Virus record (IMG/VR): IMGVR_UViG_3300026187_001862
Coordinates: 62,257 to 126,256 of that record
Strand: one strand, 5' to 3'
Length of the DNA stretch: 64,000 bases
Source of the DNA: a virus
Lineage: Duplodnaviria > Caudoviricetes
The notes beneath the pieces are model-generated. The model saw nothing but the letters and a program-made list of their open reading frames with translations. It did not search any database and had not been told where the DNA came from. Shown one piece after another: positions 58,296 through 64,000 of the stretch (the stretch's first letter is position 1; each line of letters starts with the position of its first letter). A program made the translations under genes and the position numbers.

Positions 58296-58350
58296 TTTAT
58301 TTCTCCTTTTATATAAGCAAGATTAATGTATGGACCCTTTCGGCGTCCAA
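58296..58350 (-). promoter_or_regulatory. ROSE-like RNA thermometer
   Basis: UCUUGCUU-loop-AAGGAGA with bulged G, preceded by hairpin GGAC...GUCC; late motif at 58354-58361. Confidence 0.7.
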
Positions 58351-58359
58351 GTTTATTTA

Positions 58360-59502
58360 TCATTTGCCAATTGTACTTGATTCATAAATTGCATTATGAG
58401 TTTGGGTACAACGAACAAATGTTGTACACTTTGACAAGTGCTTCAATCGCACTGCCCCAGCGTATGTGCAGGTGGATCTAACACCCCCGAGGATCTCTTG
58501 TACAGTATCTGCTACGGATCCTTTGTAAGGTACTAGAACCGTCCTGCCTTCTGATGAACGATAATCTTTTAGTCCACCAAAATGCTTTTCGTTTGCGCTT
58601 TTACTACTCATTCCGTAAAATTGTACAAACTGTTTTTCTTCATAAACTGATTCATAAAACCCGTCATCAGTTTTTGTGACTTCATTAGTTTCATAAATCT
58701 TAGTGATTACTTCGCCGCCGCCTTCATCGTGTCCGGCAAGCATACCGCCAAGCATTACAAAATCGGCACCAGCTGCGAAAGCCTTAGCCACATCTCCGGG
58801 TGTAGTACAACCACCGTCAGCAATAATATGTCCGCCAAGACCGTGAGCAGCATCAGCGCACTCAATAACAGCTGAAAGCTGAGGGTACCCGACTCCAGTT
58901 TGAATCCTAGTAGTACACACAGACCCAGGTCCAATACCAACTTTAACAATATCAGCTCCGGCAAGAATCAATTCCTCCGTCATTTCGCCTGTTACTACAT
59001 TTCCGGCGATGATTACAATATGTGGATAGCGTTGTCTAAACTCACGTACAAATGTTGCAAAACGTTCTGAGTATCCGTTAGCAACATCAATACACACATA
59101 CTTTAAATTACTGTCTGCTTGTTCATATACATCACGGAACTTCATTTCGTCTCGATCTGTAATGCCAATACTCATAGCCACATAGTTAGTGCGATTATAG
59201 TCATCAGTATCAAAGAAGTCTACTAGTTCGTTAACACTATACGTTTTAACTAGACAAGTAAAAATACCTTGTCCTGCAAGTGTGTCCGCCATTTCAAATG
59301 TGCCAACACCGTCCATATTACTTGCCATAATAGGAACACCACGCCAGTGACGTTTCTCTATGTTATCGGGAAAGTCCGGTTCATAGTTGCGCCAAGTATA
59401 TCCTCTATACAAGTCTACTTCTTTGCGACTACCCAATGTGCTACGCTTAGGACGTATGAGAACATCTTTATAATCAAGTTTTATATCCTGATCAATACGC
59501 AT
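58360..59502 (-). CDS. guaC: GMP reductase
   Basis: [38 protein letters not shown]. Confidence 0.95.
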   Translation of the reverse strand: MRIDQDIKLDYKDVLIRPKRSTLGSRKEVDLYRGYTWRNYEPDFPDNIEKRHWRGVPIMASNMDGVGTFEMADTLAGQGIFTCLVKTYSVNELVDFFDTDDYNRTNYVAMSIGITDRDEMKFRDVYEQADSNLKYVCIDVANGYSERFATFVREFRQRYPHIVIIAGNVVTGEMTEELILAGADIVKVGIGPGSVCTTRIQTGVGYPQLSAVIECADAAHGLGGHIIADGGCTTPGDVAKAFAAGADFVMLGGMLAGHDEGGGEVITKIYETNEVTKTDDGFYESVYEEKQFVQFYGMSSKSANEKHFGGLKDYRSSEGRTVLVPYKGSVADTVQEILGGVRSTCTYAGAVRLKHLSKCTTFVRCTQTHNAIYESSTIGK

Positions 59503-59511
59503 TTTAACCTC

Positions 59512-59775
59512 TTACTTTTTTTTCTTTTGAGTGTAACTTTGGCCTTGATCTAGTTCCATTTTTGCTAATTTTTTTAGCCATCTAGCTCGGCCAGCGGCTT
59601 TTGCTTTTTTACGTCTTAAACTAGGTTTTACAAAAAATTCACGCTCTCGAACTTCTTGTAAGACGCCGTCTTCTTGCACTTTCTTTTTGAATTTACGTAG
59701 TGCATAGTTAAAGTCTCCGTTGCGTACTTCAACTGTAAGACCTTGCTTGACTTGATTATCTCTATTCTTTCTCAA
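59512..59775 (-). CDS. rpsU: ribosomal protein bS21
   Basis: ALRKFKKKV...REREFFVKPS.RRKK.K.A. Confidence 0.9.
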   Translation of the reverse strand: MRKNRDNQVKQGLTVEVRNGDFNYALRKFKKKVQEDGVLQEVREREFFVKPSLRRKKAKAAGRARWLKKLAKMELDQGQSYTQKKKK

Positions 59776-60160
59776 AATTATCTCCTATATTTAATAGAAA
59801 GTCTAGTGTATACGTTTTATTTCTACTAATATGATTATATACTGAATCTTGGCTATTTGTCAACCAGTAAGTTTTAGACTTAGAAATAAAATATCCTAAT
59901 AGATCTCTTATATGAGGTGCTACATTGTCAACATCTATAATGACAGTTTTGGCAATATTAAAGCAATTTAATAGCCAATCTACTTCTTCTTTTTGATAGT
60001 TAGGCTTGTCATAATAATATAAATTTACATTAAAATCGACTGTTCCTAAAAAATCATACTGAAGTGCTTTTTGTATATCGCTAGACGGATATAGTACTAG
60101 CATTTGATAACTGTCGTCGTGAAGTATGTCAAAAGGCGTAATTAGATTTACTTTTGTCAA
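59762..60160 (-). CDS. hypothetical protein
   Basis: TTG start with AGGTG RBS. Confidence 0.7.
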   Translation of the reverse strand: MTKVNLITPFDILHDDSYQMLVLYPSSDIQKALQYDFLGTVDFNVNLYYYDKPNYQKEEVDWLLNCFNIAKTVIIDVDNVAPHIRDLLGYFISKSKTYWLTNSQDSVYNHISRNKTYTLDFLLNIGDNFEKE

Positions 60161-60168
60161 AATATCAC

Positions 60169-62235
60169 CTAATCTTTTTTGATCTTGTTAAACAATGTGC
60201 TTTTGGACTGTTCGGCATTTTGCGTATAACCTTCTGTTACATTATAGTTATCGCCGTTTACATCAGTTTCCCACGGAAGTGAGTTTATGAGTCCTTTTAC
60301 GTATAGATTTTTATAACGCTTTAGCGTATCATTAGGATTGTCTTCTTTCCATTGTTGTTTGTTTTGTTGAAAAACTATTTCTTTTTCTTTTTGATCATAT
60401 TCTTGAAGTCGAACTTTTTCTTCTTCAGTATACTGTTCGTCAGATACTTCTAAATTTTCTACTCCGTTGGAGGATTCAACCAATTCTTCGGAATTGCTTC
60501 CTCCTTCATCTGTGGCTCTATCATCTCCATACAATCTCTCAGTCTCTCCACTGTCATCGCTGGCTGTGTTGTTTGTGGTGTCGGTTCCGGCGTCTCCTCC
60601 GATTCCGTCTTCATCTGTCCTATTTGATTGTTCATCATTAAGTCTATGAGATTCTTCATCTACTTGTTCCTTTTCTTCCGCAGGCGGCGTAGGATCGTCA
60701 ATATTATAACCAGGGTTGTCATTGATTTTCTGCGCTCTCAGTCTTTCGTATTCTGTCCAGTCGAGCCGATGTCCCTCCTTCTGATCGTCTTTACGCTTGC
60801 GATTAAGTTCAAACGTATATTGACTTGCGATCAAAAGTAACACGGCCAATGGGTCAAACACAAAGATGATAACTAATATCACCCAGCGGACTGCTTCTTC
60901 TAGTAGGTCTTGGTCTGCTTGTTCTCCGTATACAAACTCAGCCAAATATTTAACAGGACCTACTTCTGCCTCTAGTTTTCTATACTCTGCTTGGAGAGCA
61001 TATTTTTCTTCTGTGAGTGTGTCGATTTCCGTATTAGCATTTTTAATACGGATATTCTGTTCGTCAATGGCTGCTTCTATATCAGCAGCTTTGTCTTCTT
61101 GTGCTAATTGCGCTCTTAGGCGTTCAATTAGAGTTTGTGATTGTGCAACTTGCGATTCTGCACTTTCACGTAATCTTTGTATTTCGTTTCTTGCAGTTTG
61201 TATTGCAGGAGATTCTGTTCCTCTTACATTATCGATTTGTGCAAGAATGTCTAGCTGACGTTGTTTAACGGCATCAGTTTGTTCGCCTCGAATACGCTGT
61301 ACTAATGCACCAAGACGATCTCGCTCTTGTGCAACTGTGTCTTGTGCTGTTTGACGTAGTTCACTTATTTGAACATTAATTGCAGAAACACGTTGTCTTT
61401 GTTGTTCTATCCATTCGTTAACAGCAGCTCTAGTTCTTGGTCCTACTGAGCCGTCTGCATTTGCTCCTATTGTTCTTTGTGCCTGTTGTACTTGCTCACG
61501 TTCTCCGCTTGCAATCTGTCCTTGTACTTTTACAATAGTATCTTCTATTTGTGCAATTTGTGCAAGCAAAGGTTCTACTGCACTATTATCTACACCTAGA
61601 GCACTAATGCGTTCTTCATACTCTCTTGCTTGTTGATCAAGTCTAGCAAGCTCTGCATCTAGACTTGCAAGCTGATCTTCATAAGGTTTTGTACGAGTTG
61701 CATCGCTTGCTCTTGCGTCTGCAATAATTTGGTTTTGTTGTTCAATAGCAGGTTGAACTCTTTCGTATGCTAGATCAATGCGCTCTTGCTCTTTATCAAT
61801 CTGTGACTGAATATTTGCATCTGCACCTACACCATTTGATTGTAAGTTTTGTATGCGTTCTTCTGCTCTTGCAACAATACCGTTTTGTCTAGCAATTTCT
61901 GTTGTTAAACGTTCTACTTGTGCTACACTTTCTTGACTTGCACTTGTTTGCTCAATATGTGCTTTTGATAAGAACCCAAAGATACCCATAGAGGTAATAA
62001 ACATAAGCACAACAACTGCTATACTTAGATAACTTTTTAGCCACCAAGTTGCTTGTTGCCAATATTTGTGTAGCCAAACCGCAGTAACTAATTTAGCAAC
62101 TTCTAGTGTGCCTCCCATAATCATAATAGGAAGTGCAGCCGCGGCAAAAATAGCCACAAGACCTGCTACAGAGTAATATATTGCAACGGCACTAATTGCT
62201 AATGCCGTTAGCATTGTTAAAAAAGCAAATATCAT
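60169..62235 (-). CDS. membrane-anchored coiled-coil protein with peptidoglycan-binding-like insert
   Basis: Three N-terminal TM helices, long Q/E/A coiled coil, ADGSVGPRT motif, C-terminal TM (IIFVFDPLAV). Confidence 0.75.
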   Translation of the reverse strand: MIFAFLTMLTALAISAVAIYYSVAGLVAIFAAAALPIMIMGGTLEVAKLVTAVWLHKYWQQATWWLKSYLSIAVVVLMFITSMGIFGFLSKAHIEQTSASQESVAQVERLTTEIARQNGIVARAEERIQNLQSNGVGADANIQSQIDKEQERIDLAYERVQPAIEQQNQIIADARASDATRTKPYEDQLASLDAELARLDQQAREYEERISALGVDNSAVEPLLAQIAQIEDTIVKVQGQIASGEREQVQQAQRTIGANADGSVGPRTRAAVNEWIEQQRQRVSAINVQISELRQTAQDTVAQERDRLGALVQRIRGEQTDAVKQRQLDILAQIDNVRGTESPAIQTARNEIQRLRESAESQVAQSQTLIERLRAQLAQEDKAADIEAAIDEQNIRIKNANTEIDTLTEEKYALQAEYRKLEAEVGPVKYLAEFVYGEQADQDLLEEAVRWVILVIIFVFDPLAVLLLIASQYTFELNRKRKDDQKEGHRLDWTEYERLRAQKINDNPGYNIDDPTPPAEEKEQVDEESHRLNDEQSNRTDEDGIGGDAGTDTTNNTASDDSGETERLYGDDRATDEGGSNSEELVESSNGVENLEVSDEQYTEEEKVRLQEYDQKEKEIVFQQNKQQWKEDNPNDTLKRYKNLYVKGLINSLPWETDVNGDNYNVTEGYTQNAEQSKSTLFNKIKKD

Positions 62236-62279
62236 AGTTTAATATTTAACCCCATTCGATCTCCAAATTAAACTGCAAC

Positions 62280-62807
62280 TTAATCATTCCAACGATAAAA
62301 AATATGATCGCCAATGCGGCCAATGAGTTGTAAACGTCTTGCCCAACCTGGGCTTACATAATTTGCGTGATAATGTGTTGCGCCTTCTGTGATGCCGCGA
62401 AATTCGTCATAATTCATCATCATATATGCACTCTGTTGCGCTCGGCGCCAGGCATCTGTGTCTAAAGGTGTGTCTGACTTGCCGTCACAGTACCAACTGA
62501 ATTGACATTGGTTACGAACCATAACCATAACGCTTGGATCTTTCCAGCTCGGTTTCTTTTTACCATCATAAACAACATTACAAACAGTATCTGGATACCG
62601 TTTATCTTGCACACGATTGAGAACAACATCAGCAACTGCTACTTGATCGGCAAAATTAGATCCTCTTGCTTCGTGATAGATGTTAAGTGCAAGACAGTAC
62701 TCTTGTGGATGAGCGTCTTGTGTAAAAAGTTCTTGTGCATCAGAATGTTTTGCACTTACCAAAGTGGATACTGACAGCACAAGTGCCGTAATAATATATT
62801 TTTTCAT
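62280..62807 (-). CDS. SleB-like cell wall hydrolase
   Basis: CLALNIYHEARG, VVLNRV, CQFSW, GATHYHA, IGDHIFY; signal peptide. Confidence 0.92.
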   Translation of the reverse strand: MKKYIITALVLSVSTLVSAKHSDAQELFTQDAHPQEYCLALNIYHEARGSNFADQVAVADVVLNRVQDKRYPDTVCNVVYDGKKKPSWKDPSVMVMVRNQCQFSWYCDGKSDTPLDTDAWRRAQQSAYMMMNYDEFRGITEGATHYHANYVSPGWARRLQLIGRIGDHIFYRWND

Positions 62808-62825
62808 TGATTTTCCTCTCATTAT

Positions 62826-63254
62826 TTATCGACGCATATTTGCAAGATCTTTTGCTTCATTAGTACCTCGCATAATAGGTACAGCATTAGACTTGTGCAT
62901 AGTGCCGATGCCAACGATAAGGTCTCCTGTATATTGTTGTGATTCTTTTTTGGGTGCAAATCCGTCAATAGTATTAGATAGACTTGGATATTGCTTGGTT
63001 TCGCGGTGTACAGTAGGCTTTGGTTTGTATGTTTCAAACTCTTGTTTGCGTGGTTTGTGTTCGCCGCGGACGTACGAAAGATACTGTTCGAACTGCTCGA
63101 ACTGTGCCGAATGGCAATTTTGTTGTCGCATACGTTTGTTGTATGCTCGCCATTCTTGTTCTAGTTTAAGTCTTTGATTATCAGTTAGTTTCTTAGCTTT
63201 GCGCTTTTTGTAGTTGGTCGTAGTCATATACGGCCCTACCAAATGCATCGTCAT
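62826..63254 (-). CDS. hypothetical protein
   Basis: YTG...GIGTMHKSNAVP motif. Confidence 0.8.
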   Translation of the reverse strand: MTMHLVGPYMTTTNYKKRKAKKLTDNQRLKLEQEWRAYNKRMRQQNCHSAQFEQFEQYLSYVRGEHKPRKQEFETYKPKPTVHRETKQYPSLSNTIDGFAPKKESQQYTGDLIVGIGTMHKSNAVPIMRGTNEAKDLANMRR

Positions 63255-63258
63255 AATA

Positions 63259-63317
63259 AAACTCCTGCTATTTTGTTACTGTTTATACAGTATAGCAGGA
63301 GTTTAGTAGATTGTCAA
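63259..63317 (-). promoter_or_regulatory. sigma70-type promoter with anti-RBS spacer
   Basis: TTGACA-17-TATACT; perfect 13-bp inverted repeat AAACTCCTGCTAT/ATAGCAGGAGTTT. Confidence 0.8.
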
Positions 63318-63326
63318 CTGTTTATT

Positions 63327-64000
63327 TTAAAGCCACTTAGGTTTTTTAACTTTCTTAAATGGCTTTGAGATAGCATCGCCTGCTTTCTTAGCACCATCCT
63401 CTACTTTTTTGCCAGTGTCTTTGGCTGTGTCAGCAACCTTGTCAGCGGCTTTAGTGGTTTCTTTAGCTACTGTGTTTGCTGTATCAACTACTGCTTCTTG
63501 TGCTGGCTTTGTGTCTACACTTACGCTTGCATCTAGTTCAACACCTGCAATAAGTTCAACTTCGCCACTTACACCTACAGTTACAACACCGTCATCCATA
63601 GTTGCTCCACCGCCAACATCTGCGCCAACTTGTGCGCCAACGCTAACGCCTGCACCTACTTCGCCGCCGTTACCTGAACTGTCATATGCGCCTGTGCTTG
63701 CATCAACACCAACACCTACACCTGCGTGTGCTCCTGCGTGTCCTGCAACACCGTCTTTGCCTACTTGTGCATCTGCACCTGCGTGTGCTTCTGCTTCTGC
63801 GTGTACGCCTGCTTCAGTTGTAACAGTTGTGTCGCCTACTTTGGTACTTGTGCCTGTGTGTGCTTCTGCACTTGCACCAGCTTCTGCACCTGCTTGTGCA
63901 TAGGCATTGCCGCCACTTACACCTGCTTGTGCTCCTGCTTCTACGTGAGCTTCTGCACTTGCGCCTGCTTCTACAGTTGTGTCTCCGTATGTAGAGATCG
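63327..64000 (-). CDS. Gly/Ala/Val-rich beta-repeat protein, 5'-truncated
   Basis: Frame is open to the window edge: ...VEAGASAEAHVEAGAQAGVSGG...; K/D/T/A-rich tail. Confidence 0.75.
   Translation of the reverse strand, partial: ISTYGDTTVEAGASAEAHVEAGAQAGVSGGNAYAQAGAEAGASAEAHTGTSTKVGDTTVTTEAGVHAEAEAHAGADAQVGKDGVAGHAGAHAGVGVGVDASTGAYDSSGNGGEVGAGVSVGAQVGADVGGGATMDDGVVTVGVSGEVELIAGVELDASVSVDTKPAQEAVVDTANTVAKETTKAADKVADTAKDTGKKVEDGAKKAGDAISKPFKKVKKPKWL

Noticed and set aside
63409-63903. + strand Pro/Ala/Cys-rich ORF
   Set aside because: Antisense shadow of the repetitive - strand gene; the same applies to most short + strand ORFs in the track.
1-64000. Stop-codon reassignment
   Set aside because: Conserved genes are full length in code 11, TGA and TAG both end genes, and no suppressor anticodon was found.

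Overview
64 kb of a large, AT-rich, gene-dense tailed phage genome (jumbo/T4-like myovirus, probably infecting a marine proteobacterium). Almost all genes are on the - strand and use the standard code. The window holds nucleotide metabolism and replication genes (phoH, dCMP deaminase, thyA, DHFR, clamp loader, DnaE fragment, ligase, uvsE, guaC), a baseplate/tail-fibre block (about 9.2-26.3 kb), and many host-like auxiliary genes (FdxA, IscA, IscU, a cytochrome c with two cytochrome-c-fused copper monooxygenases, QueD, ClpP, ClpS, Hsp20, GroES, TilS, IF-1, bS21, heme oxygenase and PcyX). It also has six tRNAs and one tRNA-like RNA. The best candidate for a new system is a ribosome-dependent transcription attenuator in front of the tRNA-Trp/Pro/Tyr/Cys operon. 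Its unannotated 20-codon leader peptide contains Tyr-Leu-Tyr-Trp-Cys-Pro-Pro, covering all four amino acids of the downstream tRNAs, followed by mutually exclusive antiterminator and terminator helices. The phage may therefore switch on its own tRNAs only when the matching host tRNAs are depleted. Other highlights: non-canonical tRNAs (Trp with a long variable arm, Ser with an ACU anticodon, C8 in Trp and Tyr), four promoters whose spacers are anti-Shine-Dalgarno arms, a preQ1-II-like pseudoknot before queD and a ROSE thermometer before hsp20. All calls come from reading the sequence and motifs by eye; no searches or folding programs were run.
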